From positions 992,001 to 1,056,000 of the forward strand of contig CM022671.1 in NCBI GenBank assembly GCA_012295275.1: 64,000 bases of DNA. The letters run 5' to 3'. The position numbers and the translations under genes were made by a program. Shown here piece by piece: positions 12,649 to 27,400 of the stretch; within the stretch, counting starts at the first letter, position 1; each line of letters opens with the position of its first letter. Source of the stretch: Chrysomallon squamiferum (Eukaryota > Animalia > Mollusca). The notes under the pieces were generated by a model, which saw only the letters and a program-made list of their open reading frames with translations, ran no database searches and was not told the DNA's origin.

Positions 12649-13814
12649 CAAATCAGAAACATTTGTGATTTAACATGTTAAATCTGTTTACAAATGTTAA
12701 ATGATCAATTAAATTCAGAGCATTTTATGTGAGTTTTTTTATACATAAAATTCAGATGATACCTCTAACTGTAAATCGAAACAAAGTATGCTTTGTAAAT
12801 CAACAAATGATAATGAGCTGCTACTATTTTCTTTCTTTTCTTTTTTTTTGTTTTATTTGTTTTTCTTTCAGATGAACGGAAAGATTTACCAACAACAAAA
12901 ATTTAAATGGCTTGTCGTGGACACTATCTGTGTGGGACAGGAATTAACGACACAGAATGAATGGTTAAATTTACGATCTGCATTAGATCGATGGGTGACT
13001 GATTGCGTGCTCTGGGGGGGGGTGTTTAGTGTCTCGTAATGTTCCTTTCATCTTTGGAATTAAAACTTTATAACTACTTTACATTTAGTAAACACATAAA
13101 TGATTATGTATAATTCCTGGAATAGACCGTAAAGTACGATACGGGCTAATATTTTTTCTCACGAAACTGAAATCAAATACTGATAGATCCTTTGAGTTGT
13201 AGACGAAACATCAAATGTTTATTTCACAAGTACAACCATTCTTCGTTTTGTTGTTCATCAGACTGGTAACTGTTCCACACTGTATGATAATATTTACGTT
13301 TAGATACATTTATCTCCGCCCGATGGAGGTATAAGAAAATAATTAAATGAAAAATAAAATCTTAATACTAATTTTGCCGTGTATTCTAGATAATAAGTAG
13401 AGCAATAAGTATATATATATAATAATAGTAATAATAATAAACATCCAAAACAACAAACAGATTAAAACAAAGCAAACAACAATCCACTCCCCCCACACAA
13501 ACAAAAAATAAAAATAATAAAAATAAAACAAACAAAACAAACAAACAAAACAACAAAAACCCCAATAATTTGTAAAATAAAAAACAGATAATCTCAAAAA
13601 GACTCGCTTTTATTAAACGTCTGAAATAAAATATTAATAACATTTAAAGAAGTTGACAAGCCGGTTCGGCGCTCTCTGTTACTAAATATAAAAATGTCAA
13701 ACGAGAAAAGATGAATGTCCTTAATTAAAAAATAGATTTGGATGTTTTGTTTATTACTCATTTACACAAGAGCCGTTGAGTATTTTAAGGTTCGAAAATT
13801 GAACACACTCATAA

Positions 13815-13818
<4 letters not shown>

Positions 13819-13877
<59 letters not shown>
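13819..13877. repeat. (TAA)n microsatellite
   Basis: Perfect TAA run read directly. Confidence 0.95.
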
Positions 13878-14385
13878 GCAAATGAACGATAATTTGAAAT
13901 CTTCATCTGATATTAAACTTTCAAACTTATTTTTCATGTTTTGGGAAATATATATATTTTAAAGAATGGAACGAAACACTGAAAACCGTATTGTGATATA
14001 TTGCAACACTGTAAATCCTGGTTGCAACAAACTTATTAAACTGAATTTGCTTTACATTATATAGCCTATAAAATAAAATAAAATAATTAAAATAAATTAA
14101 AATAAAATATTATTTAATTAACGCATGAATTAATAAATATACTGGGAATCTTAGAAAAAAAATTAAACGTCTAATTTTATTTGCATTTTTATTATTATTT
14201 TTTTTTTTTTCAAATGCGTCAGAGGGCGTTTAATTATTGTATATTTGCATGACTGATTTTATGCGCTTTTTCAGTTTATATCCGTTTTTACTTTTAATCT
14301 TAATTAGGCACTCCATATGCTTATTCTAAATATTCTGGAGAATTAAATAAAATAAAATAAAATAATAATGACAGAAAATTCCTGA

Positions 14386-14552
14386 ACTTACCGACAACTG
14401 TGTCTTGGCGAGAGCATATAACTCCCATTGTCCGCTGACAACAGCTGACGTCACACCGTAAGCGACGTCGTTTCCATGACGCTACAACCATCTAGGATTT
14501 TAGAGTTGCAGTTATTGTTGTGTTTGAGCCTACGTCAAGGAAATAAGTAAGC
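14386..14552. promoter_or_regulatory. Candidate CpG-containing promoter between the divergent aldolase and SMARCB1 genes, with a full CRE site
   Basis: Palindromic TGACGTCA at 14446-14453 and CGACGTCG at 14463-14470. Outward-facing donor-like sites: GTAAGT on - at 14386-14391 and GTAAGC on + at 14547-14552. Locally CpG-rich in an AT-rich background. Confidence 0.5.
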
Positions 14553-14968
14553 AGACATACAGAATTTATTGTTGTTGTTTTTTTCTCGACAGTCATAGAC
14601 TCTTTTACGTGTTCTGTAGAAAATAGTTTCATAATGTACATATATACTATGAAACACGTACATATATATATATCGAAGTCAAGGTATTTTGCTTTTATGC
14701 TTGGCTTATTACTAAATTTTTATTAGCAGTTAGCCTTTTCTGTTTTGATAAATGCTTAGAAAAAAGTTTTAAACATACAGTTGTTGTTGTTATTACTAAT
14801 AACATAAAGTCTACTAGAAAATTAAATAAAACCAATACTTTTACTGAACATATGTTAAAGGTAATGTTATATCTAATATTTTCCAGAAGTGTTAATATAT
14901 TTATATATATTTTAAAAGAAGTAACAGATAATATGCAATTTTGAATTACCTGTCAGAACTCATTTATC

Positions 14969-14999
<31 letters not shown>

Positions 15000-15462
15000 A
15001 TAATAATAATAATAAAAAAAAAAAAAAAAAAAATCAGAACTTATTCAAACACTGTAAGAAATAAAAAATAAAACTCGTGAACTGAATTGGACTTATTATT
15101 GTATAGCAGTCTGTTTCATATCTATACTTAGTCTACCGATTTTAGGCTACAAAATTGCAGTCGTGTTTCTTTAAATTGTGATCAGAGAATAAATAAGTGC
15201 AAAGATCCCAGAGGATCCACTCACCAAAAGAATAATCCCCACCACCAACAACATAATAAATAATAAAAACTGGTATTAGTATTAATATTATTATTATTAG
15301 TAATAACAATAAATAAAATAAAATAAAATAAGTTACTTAATTTAAAAAGAAAAAAGAAAAAAAAAAAAGATAGACTAACAATCCTAATTGATTTTTACAG
15401 TTCCTGTGTACAGACAAAATGGAATATTTAAAATATAAATAATTTGCTGATGATCTATTGTA

Positions 15463-15464
<2 letters not shown>

Positions 15465-15514
<50 letters not shown>
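15465..15514. repeat. (TTA)n microsatellite
   Basis: TTA run about 110 bp upstream of the SMARCB1 ATG. Confidence 0.95.
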
Positions 15515-15621
15515 TTAAATTAGATGAAATTTACGTACTTCAGTAATTTTCACTATTTGGTGGAATCCAAAAAAGAGAAGGAGGAATATACATTTATGGA
15601 AACGGAAAAGAATAGGGTACA

Positions 15622-18600
15622 ATGGCGGCCTCTAGAGATGGATCGGTTTATCATCCACCAAAAACATTTGGAGATAAACCAAGATCATTTACTATCGACG
15701 AAAGCGGAGAGGCATATTACATCGGATCAGAGGTAATTCCTCGAAAATATTTTTTCAGCTAACAACAATTACGTTTTGGTAAAAAAGAAGAATTTAATAT
15801 GTTCTCAAACAAAGAAAATGAATCTCGGTCATCATCACCGACTGACCGAGTAACGATTTCCTTTAATCATCTTTTCTCTGTTTTGACTGGATGCTTAATT
15901 TAGTTAGATGTACATTGTACGCGATATTCTCAAACGATTATGTAGTGAGTAACGCTGTACAGTAAATTACGGTGACAGTACAATATCCCACCTTTGCAGC
16001 CTAGTCTGTAGTCACGCTAGTCACAGCCTAGTGTATGTTACTGTTGCTACCAATGTTAGTATCAGTGCAGTATGTGCGTTCCTGCCTTCGTCATGGTTGG
16101 TCACAAAATCATTGTTGGTCACATTCACAAAATCATGGTGTCACAATCATTGTTCATGTCAGGCACTGATGGGGACAGTACTTCATACAGCATGTTGAGT
16201 GATCTGTGAGGAGAGACCTGATTGAAGACAGTGGTGCTGATATGAGGACCAAGACTTGGCTTGAGGACATTTTTGTAGATATGTAATACAGTTGCAGAGT
16301 ATTCTCCCTTCATAAATGAATGTCATCATTCATAAGTATTAGCCAGCTTGTGTGTATATAATCTAATTAACAGTTTTTGAATTGCATACATTTTGTTGTT
16401 TTCAAAACACATTTGCCCTGTGTGTGTGTATAACTATCACTGATTTCAAGTCTGTTTTTACTTTAACTGGGGTGCGGCCAAATTCTGGTCACCATATCAA
16501 AGATTTCTTGAGTCTGAGGAGTCAGTATTAGTTCATTAATTCATTAATTGTGAGTGTGAATAATTTAAACTGTAATGTACTCTTTATTACATTTTACATG
16601 CAGAAAATACTAGCTGTAACTGTTGCAGAGTCCACTCTGAAATTAACACTTGCATTATAAAACAGTGACACTCTTATAGCAGACCTAGAGGATATCATGA
16701 CTTTGTTGTGATTCAGTGTACATATTGCACTGCTTTTCTTTCTTTTTTATACAAAGGTCTTCAAAAATTTCCATTGTCACAGTGGTTGTATATTTTGCAT
16801 TAAGTTGGTTTGGACACAACAGGAGGTTGTTCAGAGTGACATTGTTTTGGGGTATTGTCTACCATTCCCTCTGAGTTACAGATCAGTTTACCAGTGCTAG
16901 CAAATATCAGATTGGTTCCACTGACAAACTGTATTTATAAGAAAGATGACAATGAATTATCATAGATAATCAAATATTTCAAATACATGTATTTATTTTT
17001 GTCATATGTTGTGTTTTTTGCCAGTATTATGTTATCTTGCTCAAATGACACCATTGAACATTAGATTAGTAACACTGGTATATTTCACCATAAGATATTT
17101 TCAGAATGTTAACTACCAGCACCAAAATAGTGTATTTATGAAATTAGTTACCAGTTAACTAATGGTAAAAAAAGTGGCAATATTAAATAATTTGATCATT
17201 ATAAAATTTACATATGTTGAATCTTTGATAGTTTGTCCTATAATTATCCATCCTTCTTTCAGTTGCATGTTCTTGATTAACAACCTACAATGTGTTTTTT
17301 TTTTTTTTTTTTTTTGAGTATTTAAAAAAATTAATAAAAAATAATAATAGGAAATACCATTGTGAACTTTGGATTGAATTTAACAAATTAATTGCTAAAA
17401 GTTGAACCAAAAATCAATTTTAATATCTGCATATTTCTATAATTTATGATTTTCTCCTCAGGTTGGTAATTACTTGCGGTTGTTTCGTGGTTCACTCTAT
17501 AAAAAGTACCCTTCTATGTGGAGAAGACTGGTGACAGTGGAAGAAAGAAAGAAAATAGCTAATATAGGTACAAATAAATTAGTAGACTTTCACTGGTTTT
17601 TCAGTCTTATTAAATATTTTATTATTTGTAAATTTGTTTGAATTGCATGATTAGTTGTGTTAGATTTTGTTTAAAAGTTTAGATATAGTGATAATACAAT
17701 TATTTTTAATATCTGAAAAGAGTTTTAATATATTCAGATTTTGTTTAAAAAAAATAATAAATAAAAATAAAAAAACCAATAAATAGCTCATTTTAGTCAT
17801 TACTGCATGACAATAATATTAATACAACAACAACAACAACAACAACAAAAATAATAAAAATATTTTAACTCAAGTAATTTAATAAAATGTAAATGAAAAA
17901 ATTTTTATTCTTAAAAACAGTTATTTATAAATAGTAAATACTGAGGGTGACTTGCTATTCATTTGATTCTAAGTTATGTGTTCCTCTTGTATAAATCGGT
18001 GGATTAATTATCACTTTTTGTTGCATTTCTAAGTATGAAATATCAGAAAGCTAGCAAGACCGACATCTTCTTTGCCTCACCTCAGTTGTTATTTTATTGT
18101 CATTCTTTATTATTAGCAGAAGTTAATATTTGAGTAATAGACAAATGATAAATTAGAACTTATAGGTTATAGTCATATAAAATATTTAAACTCTTTGATT
18201 TTATTAGCATAATATAAATTAATATACATTTCTAGCTCAATTTACATCTTGTAAATATCTTTGGTTTAACATCAACTTCATTCATGTTAAGAAACTCTTT
18301 TATAATATAATCTTAGATGATTGTTTCTAACATATCCTGGATTGGATTTCCTGATAAAATATTGACAGCTAGAGAATTTGTGTGTGTGTGTATATTATTA
18401 TTATTGAATCATTTTGTGCTGCATGTTGTTTTCTGTCATGCATGGTGCTTGCTTTATGTGTTTATTACATAATAACATCAGATTTGATTCTCTTAATAAT
18501 GTACATCGTCACTTGCTGTTTCTGGTTTTTGCAACCAATCATTCATGGCTTCAGTGGTGTCCCGTGCTTTTTGTGTGAATTGTATTGTTCAAATCAGAAG

Positions 18601-21600
18601 AAAATAGTTTTTGCAGGTTTTGGTCAGCACTCTCTGGCAACAAACATCACACTGCTCAAAGCTTCTGAAGTTGATGACATTTTCGACGGTAATGATGACA
18701 AATACAAAGCAGTTTCAATAGGCAATGACATCTCTTTTCCTAGGTTGGTATCTTTTAAAATTAATTTACTTTTATTTATGAAATATTCCATGAATGAAAT
18801 CATGATATGTTTTAGTTGTTTATCATTTTATGTGGTTTTTAATCATTTCTTTCTTAACATGGTGTCTGCAAGAGGAATAAATTAAGTTTAGAATTTTCAT
18901 TCTAAATTAAGAGTTTAAAATGATTTTCTTTATTAAAATGGATATAATATTAACAAATTAATTCATATGGGCATTATCTTTTAAAGTTAATTCAACATTT
19001 TTATGTAATAGTTAACATTTACTTGGTATTAAAGTAATAAATCAAATGAATTTTTATCTTTTCAGTTTGCAAAATGCATAATTTTAATTAATACTTTAAA
19101 ATTTTCATTTGGATTAAAATAAAAGTAAAATTCAGAAAATAAATTTAAAATATTTTCTTTATGTAGTAATATTTAATTACTGGCGTATCCAAATTAAAAA
19201 CATTTTAATATCAGTAATTATTAATTATCAAATATATACAATAATAATATTAAAGAGAAAAAACAAATGTTGTTATAACATGGGTTCATACTGATTAGCA
19301 AAAATAAATTAATTTTGTTTTCTAAGAGGAAATAATTGATTCTGTTAGGATTAATACTAAGGCCCATTTTACCTCATTCATTCTCCTGGCCCACAGACTA
19401 AATCTTCATTAACAATGATTTAAGATTGATTATTAAGATCTATATATTTAATTAACTGAGGATTTGTTATCTTATGCTATACCAAATACAGTTGTTGTGA
19501 AATTAGTTAATGCTTTAATGGTTTGATTGGTAATTTCTAAAATACAGTTTGAAATAAATATTTCTTACTAGCAAAGATATTAATTTAACACATAATTTTT
19601 AAAATGAAAGATGAATCTGGAACTGACTTTTATTTGACAGAGAAACAAAGCAGAAGAGAAGCACTTGGGTTCCTACTGTGCCCAGCAGTTCCCATCATTT
19701 AGATGCTGTTCCATGTTCCACTCCAATAAACAGAAACAGACCAAGCAAAAACAAAGTCAGAACATTCCCTCTTTGGTAAGACAGCTAACAGTTTCTCAAA
19801 TATTATTATTTCCTGTCTTTGAAATATGGATTATACTTTTCTTCTTTTTTTTGTTTTTTTTCAGCAATTTTAGAAATATAGCACATAATAGAAAGAAAAA
19901 ATCCTTCTTTATGTCAAAACCCACATTTTTCAAAGGTTAATTGATGTGTTTGTTGTGTTGGTAATTTCTTTTTCTTTAATGAATATCTTTGCTGTTTCAT
20001 TTCTTTAGCTTTGTTAACGGTGACAGTTTATTTCTAGTTTTGATGACACAAACCCAGCTCAGATTCACGAAAATGCTGCTCAGAATGAATGCCTGGTACC
20101 CATCAGACTTGACATGGAGTTTGATGGGCAGAAGCTGCGTGATTGTTTTACATGGAACAAAAATGGTACGTTTGAAAACTTGTATTTTAAAAAAAAGATA
20201 CAATTGTTTAAAATATTTTTTATACAATTATTTGCAGTATTTTTAATGTACAGTACTTACATTATGTTTCCCATCATATAAACTGTCTACAGAATAATAT
20301 ATCAATATATATATAGTGAGCCTTATTGTAAATAATTATACATTTTACACTGAACCCTGTTGAAACTATTGCCTTTGTGGATCTGCAGATTACTTTAATA
20401 GAATAATAACTCTTTGTCGTATTTAAGTTATTTAAAACTTGTACAAAATTATATTCAAACATATATATTTTTTTAATCTACAGAAACTCTGATCACTCCA
20501 GAGCAGTTTGCTGAAATTTTGTGTGATGATTTGGATCTGAATCCACTTAATTTTGTATCAGCAATATCACAGGCAATACGACAGCAGATTGAAGCTTATC
20601 CATCAGATGCTACACTGGAGACACCAGATCAAAGAATTATATTAAAGGTATTTCCTCTTTTTCCAGTTTGTTTGTTGCCTTCATCCAATGTTTGTGTCTG
20701 GAATTTCCTTTATTAATCTAAAAAAAAATGTATTCATGTTAACTGTTTTTTGCTTTATTACATTGTTACTAAAATTTTGTATTTTAAATTTCAGTTAAAT
20801 ATTCATGTTGGAAACATTTCATTAGTAGATCAGTTTGAATGGGATATGTCAGACTCAGAAAATAGTCCAGAACAGTTTTCTACTAAACTATGTGCTGAGT
20901 TAGGTAAGTTTCATTCAGTGATGCTCTTGTTTTCTATATTGGTATATATTCTTACTTAAAATTCACTTCTGGTAGATAACTGTATACAATTAGTGTCTAA
21001 AACATTTTGAATGATTCATAATTATTGGTTTATTGCTTTCCTTACTACTAAAAAAACATGCCAGTGACAGTAAAATAGTTGCATAAATACCTTTATTCAT
21101 CCATATATTATTAATTAAAAATTAATTAGAGACTTAGTAAATTATTGTCTTTGATCATTGTTTTTTACATTCTGCTTACCAAATTATAATCTGTTTGTTA
21201 TACTCCATCAGACACAAATAAAGCAGTTATTTAAATTTTATAAAATGTAGTCAGACTATTAGTAAATGTTGCACAAAATAAACTTAAAGATTTTAAAAAC
21301 AAAAAAAAAACAATCCACATACACGAATGGCTTTAATGCTGCTACAGGTTTGTTTTTGTATTGGGATTAGTTAGAAGGTTTGTTGAATGACATGGTAAGA
21401 AGTTGAACGAGAATGTCCAGGGAAATCTGTATATGTTTATTAGTAATAAAAACAGTGTGTGTGTGTGTCTGTAAGGATACTCTGTCAGTGATCTATCTGG
21501 TGTATGTTTTCAGGACTAGGAGGCGAGTTTGTTACAGCAATAGCTTACAGTATCAGAGGTCAACTCAGCTGGCATCAACGTACATACGCTTTTAGGTAAG

Positions 21601-22726
21601 ACTTGAAAAATAACTCATATGTGATAAAGGAAAAACAATTATTTCAAAATAATTTAGGACATTGCATTAAAGAAAAGATGCAGAAAAACTTGTTTGTTCA
21701 AATATCTCAGTTATTTCTCAAATGGTTCATATGTACAGATGCCTTATAAGTCATACATATTTAATATGCATTTTGTTCAGTTTTAGATATATAAAATAAA
21801 TGTTACTAATACAGCATTTGCTTTAAGAAGCATTTCTTTTGACAAGTGTTGCTGTTTTTATATGTAAGTAGAATCCATTAAAAATTTTCGTATATAATTG
21901 AGCATATTTTTAAATCATTTAAAAAAATGTTTATTCCTTGCAGTCACATCATCCTAATATTCTTTTCGTTTTTATGCATAATGATATGAAAACTTTTGAT
22001 ATTGTCTGAAAACTAGTCTGTGAGTGAATGGAATTAAGTTGAGTGTTGACTAGGTTATGTTAGATTTGAATTATTGTATTCTTTGAATTCACAGCAGTTT
22101 ACATTTAGTATTGGAATAGTTATGAGACACAGCTCCAAAGAGTTTATTTAAATTTCTTTTTCTACAGCTTGGTGAATTATATTTCATTAATTATTGGCTC
22201 CTTAAGCTTTTTCCATTACTTGTCAGTCATGTGTGAAGTTACCAATGTTGTTTTAAAATACTTAATTTAAAAAATATGCAACACTGAAAACATTTGACTT
22301 TTCAGATTAGTTGTTTCTGGTTCTTTCAGTGAAGCACCTTTACCTATAGTAGAGATAGCTATAAGAAACCAGAATGAAGCAGATCAGTGGTGTCCCTTCC
22401 TTGAGACATTAACAGATGCAGAAATGGAGAAAAAGATAAGAGATCAGGACAGAAATACAAGGTGAACTGAGATATTACTTTTCATGTCTTTGATTAATTG
22501 GATTTTTAAGATCTTAATATGTCTATATAAGCAGAAGTTACAATGTTTTCAATACAGTAACCTTCTAAACACTACTTTGATTGAGAGTGTTTTAGAAAAT
22601 ATTTCATTTCATTTGTAAATTAAATTTTTTATTTTTATAACTTTTTTGTTATTTTCTAATTATTTCTTTCTTAAACTATATTCCAGACGAATGAGACGCT
22701 TGGCAAATACTACTCCATCTTGGTGA
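15622..22726 (+). CDS. SMARCB1: SWI/SNF core subunit SNF5/INI1/BAF47 (377 aa, 10 coding exons)
   Basis: Exons 15622-15732, 17462-17567, 18617-18743, 19641-19775, 20038-20165, 20484-20647, 20795-20903, 21514-21595, 22330-22461 and 22687-22726 total 1134 nt. Motifs: [102 protein letters not shown] and [32 protein letters not shown]. Confidence 0.97.
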
Positions 22727-24486
22727 TGACAAATTGTTTTATGAGAAGACAGAATGTTGGATTACTCTTAACACATTGGATTAGTGAGAAGATAGACTGG
22801 ATTAGTTGATAAACATGAACTGTACTTGTTGTTTTTCCAGTGAAGCCTGTCTGGTAATTGTAATGAACTGAGTTGTGGGTGATGACATCTTTAGACTCAT
22901 ATCCAGGATGTTATTCTTCTTAATCAAAAGAAAATTTTAATTTGTAATACTCAAGGAAAACCAGCAGTCAGATGTAATGATTATGTTAACCTAGTTAGAA
23001 ATCCTTCACAAAATTTCTGGCAGAAACAGATACAAAATGTTTATGTAGCTATCTTTATATATTTATAGATAACTTAACTGTTTCTTCTACAGTCTGCCTT
23101 CTTTCTAAAACTTAATTTAGCAGTCATTGCACAAAATGTGCAACATCAGTCAACCATAATATATAACGTTATTTATACAGATAATTGTGAACCAGTGTTT
23201 TGAATTTTAAGAATATCTAATAACTAAAATATTTTTTAAAATACCTTTGGGTAAGTTGATGATAATTTTTAAAAATAAATTCTGTTGCCTGTGGGTTTCA
23301 AGGATTTTTTCCAAACACCATGAAACACTGGTGTTAATATGAAAAGCTGGGTGAAATAGGAAATACCTGAGTTATAAAAATAGAAAACTATTACAGCACT
23401 GACTTTTACTGATGTTTGTATGGGAGAGTATGGTTACGCCGTGTTCAGATGATCCTCATAGAATTGAATTAGTCACATACTTTACATCAGTCACTGTACA
23501 TATAGCACATCATGTTAATGCATTCATTTGACAGTCACATCCACTGTTTTAACATTGTAGAAAAAGATAATGAAAAATAAAATAAATTATTGTTGAATGA
23601 ATATGTTGGTTTATTATTATTTATTTTTAATGCAACTATGAATTATGTACTTCTAACTGTTAAAAGTTGACATATATTTTCAGCCACAACTTGAACGTTA
23701 AAACTTGTGTCTAAATTATGCTCTTATTTAAGAAATTCTATCATTGCCAAAACAATTACAATAAAAGTGGCAGACCATTCGAATAAACTGTAGTCAGGTG
23801 ACTGGACATAGGATCGGGTTGTGATGCCTTGAAAAGAAAGTGCAAATAAAAGGTCCCATGCTTACAGCTGGTACATTATTCACTCAATGAAACTAAAAAT
23901 AAGCACTGTGTCAATGTTGTAAGTGAAAGCAAAACAAAAACAAGTCTATAATTTTTAAAAATTTAATTGCTCTATGAAGGCTGGAATGCTGTTTATAAAA
24001 TCCACTTCATGAAGCTGTTTTAAAATATGTTTTTATGATTTGAAATAAAAAAATTGTTTGACCACTCTGATGTGACACATATCACTGTATTTTTAGTTTC
24101 AAAACAAATACAGTTTGGACATCTATTAGTTCATTGTTGACACTGGTGCCTCTTACTCCTAAAGAAGTGAAAATTCAACTACAAATTATAAATACTTACT
24201 GAGATTAACAGAAGATGATGTTTTATTGTTTTTATTGTGTTTTTTTTTTGTTATTTTAAACCAATACATAAATGAAATAATTATAGCGTGGTACTGTACA
24301 CCCTGAAACATCTTCATTCAAATTAAAACAAATATGTTGATATTCAAATCAACATTAAACATGGATTTCTCAATGTATGAGTTGTGGGTATTTGATTTTT
24401 CTCGGTGTGACACACATTTCTCTTTGGTGGACTGTTACACAATCATTCTCAGACTTTATTTGCATCTTTCACCAGATCGGTTTATC

Positions 24487-27400
24487 TCATGTTTCCATAG
24501 CTTCTTTTTCATCCTCTGTAAAATAATTAATATTATTCTATCAAAATATATTTTAAATGCACTCAAGACATACCTTTCCAATTGTAATACTTTCCATTGT
24601 AATGACATGTAAATAATATTTACAAGATATGGTAAATTTGACAAAAACAATATAGTGTTTTACACCTATTGAGTTTAATATTCATGAGTTCATTATCAGT
24701 TGCATTTAACATAATCATCATTATTTGGATTCTGCTGTTTAACTATTTCATATAATATGTAAGAGTATTTTATTTTCTTCAGTACACAATTTCAATATCT
24801 ATTTCTAGCAATATATATCAGGAACTTGTTTATTTATTTATTTATAAAACAAAATTTCAGAAACAAAAAACATTTTAATAACAACTAAAATTTTACCTTC
24901 CAATATTCTCTGCAGTTCATGGATAGCAGTAATTAAAACTAGGAACTGTTTTCGTCTTAAGTCAAGCTATAAAAAATAAATTAAAAAATGACATAAATGA
25001 AAATAGCAGGAAAATGAGGAAAGAATACTAAACTTTATTGTAATAATTTCAATAATTTAAGTGTTGTTTTAATAATAATGTAATGTTAATAATTCCACAT
25101 GGCATTATTGTTAAACATTTAGATATTGTAATATAAATAATTCAGGGGTATTATGATCATTTTCACAATCATTGTTTGAATCTATCTGACAGTGAGGGAT
25201 AATTGTCTTTACATTTCTGTTCAGACAGCTAACAAAATTTAAAAAAATATAAATAAAAAAATGATATTAATATTTTTGAAACCAAGTAAAACTTCCAGTA
25301 TCGTAGACCACTTACTTTTCCTTCTAAAGACTCTTTAGTTTCAGCTAATGATGTCAATTCCTTATCCAGAGCTTGTAACTGTCTGAAAAAGAAAAATAAT
25401 ACATATTTAAGTTCTTTTTTTTAATAACTTTAAAAAGGCAGAATAAAGGAAGACAGGTCTAAGGATATCATAACTGATTTTTATATTAATATTCATCAAT
25501 ACTTTATTTTGTACCCTTATGTAAAAAAAAAGAATGATGTCACTTTCATGTGAAACTGTGTTAAAGTTACAGTTATTTGAACACTTTTGATGTTTTGATT
25601 AGCAGTCATCAGTCCTGTGATAGCCTGATTCAAAACACTGAAACTACAAAGAAGCAGTCATAGCTTGAGTACATTTATGCAGTATCTGACTTGTGCCATG
25701 CCTAGAAGTGGGGCTTCAGTTATCCATATTTATTGCACACTTGTGTCAGTGAGATGACGATGATAATAAAGCTAATAACACTTATGGAAATAGAAATGTA
25801 AAATATACAGTTTACAAACTTTGTAGTTTCTTGTCTGTCTGGATGCTGTTGAATGATTTTAGCTAGAGCATCATATTCTGAAAACAAGTAATTCAAATTA
25901 CCTTTAAAAACATTATTAACTGGAAAACAAAACAAAAGAACTCCCCCTCCCCAAAAAGACCCACAACAACCATAATAGAAAATGATCTTATTTTAGTAAC
26001 ATCTCATTCATTAAATTAATTATATTATCTTAAATTTTACAAGCATATTTCACAACGAACTGTATATGAAAAACCAAAAATGTATGATTAAATGCAAACT
26101 CAATGTAAAGAATCTTACATTAACAATAATTATGTAATAATGTTCACATAACTAACCTGTTGTCTGGCCCTTGTATACAAAATAATGTCACAATAACTTG
26201 TTGGTAAATTTATTATATATTTTCTATGACAAAAGCAATGGTTTAACAGGGCTCATTACTTAAAACTGTAAATATTTTAAAGTTTACCTCTAATAATAAT
26301 AATAACAATAAAAAACAGTAATAATTGTCTGTTTTTACAATGAAATATTTAAAAATACTTACGCTGTCTATTTTTACGTATTCGTTTGGCCTGCTGCAAT
26401 TCTTGTTTACATTCAGCAATGTTAGTTGTAGCTTGTTGTATTCTGTCAGCTGAAAGTAGATTAAATAAAGAAAATTTTGTATTTGAAATTTATCACATGT
26501 CAAACACCAAAATCTTAAAATAATTTGTATTACTTTAATATAAAAATAAACAAATACAGAAAAAAAACAATCTAAAAAATTGTCAACTAAAAAAATTAAG
26601 TGTCAATTTTCTTTTATTACAAACATTAAAAAACCTTGTAACGTTCGGGTTTTCAAGAATAGTCTTTGTGAATTAACAAAGTATAACAATCATATGATTC
26701 TTTTTTTTTCTAATCTGAAGAACTTGTCATTTCACTTTCTTAGTATTTTGTGATCATTATGTATCACTTTATATTCAGCAAAGTTCTTTTTGCTATTTCA
26801 TAACCAAAGATGATAGAAATGTTAAAAATCTAAAAAAACACACCCAAAAACAAACATTTGTTTTGATTAAAAATTAAATATGAGACTCAGATTTACTAAT
26901 TTTTAAAGTAAAAAGGTAAGATGGAATAAACCACAGGCAAGGATAGGTATTACTAACCTATTTCTTTGCTGAGCTTTTCATAATTTTCTTGTTCTTGAAG
27001 ATTCATTTCTGAAACCAGCAGAGACTTCTCCATGACAAATTCACACTGTGCAAGAGTGGCCATCATTCTGTGGTAAGCCATGTCACTGAAATTGAAATTC
27101 TTCATTAGCAATCTAAGAGGTCATTTTTCAGCTCTATCAAAAGTGAGATATATCAGCTTAGATACATATCTAAAAAAAAACATAAATTAAAATTTGGTTG
27201 TTTAAAATGTCAGTTCATATCAACTGTTATTAGATATCAGTCATTCAACACTGATACTTTTATTTATTTACTAATAACTGTTTTTTTTTAACCTATAATT
27301 TCCTAACTAAAATGTTTATATCACCAATTGTTTTAGCAGAAAATAAAATGTGTTAATCATTACTTATCCTCATCATCTGGAGAGTTGCACCATCTAACAA

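Noticed and set aside
12454-13643. Hydrophobic or low-complexity ORFs (SLSLSL, F/L/Y-rich)
   Set aside because: Products of GA and A-rich simple repeats.
18382-18885. 167-aa hydrophobic ORF
   Set aside because: Only 18617-18743 is coding (SMARCB1 exon 3); the rest is intron read-through.
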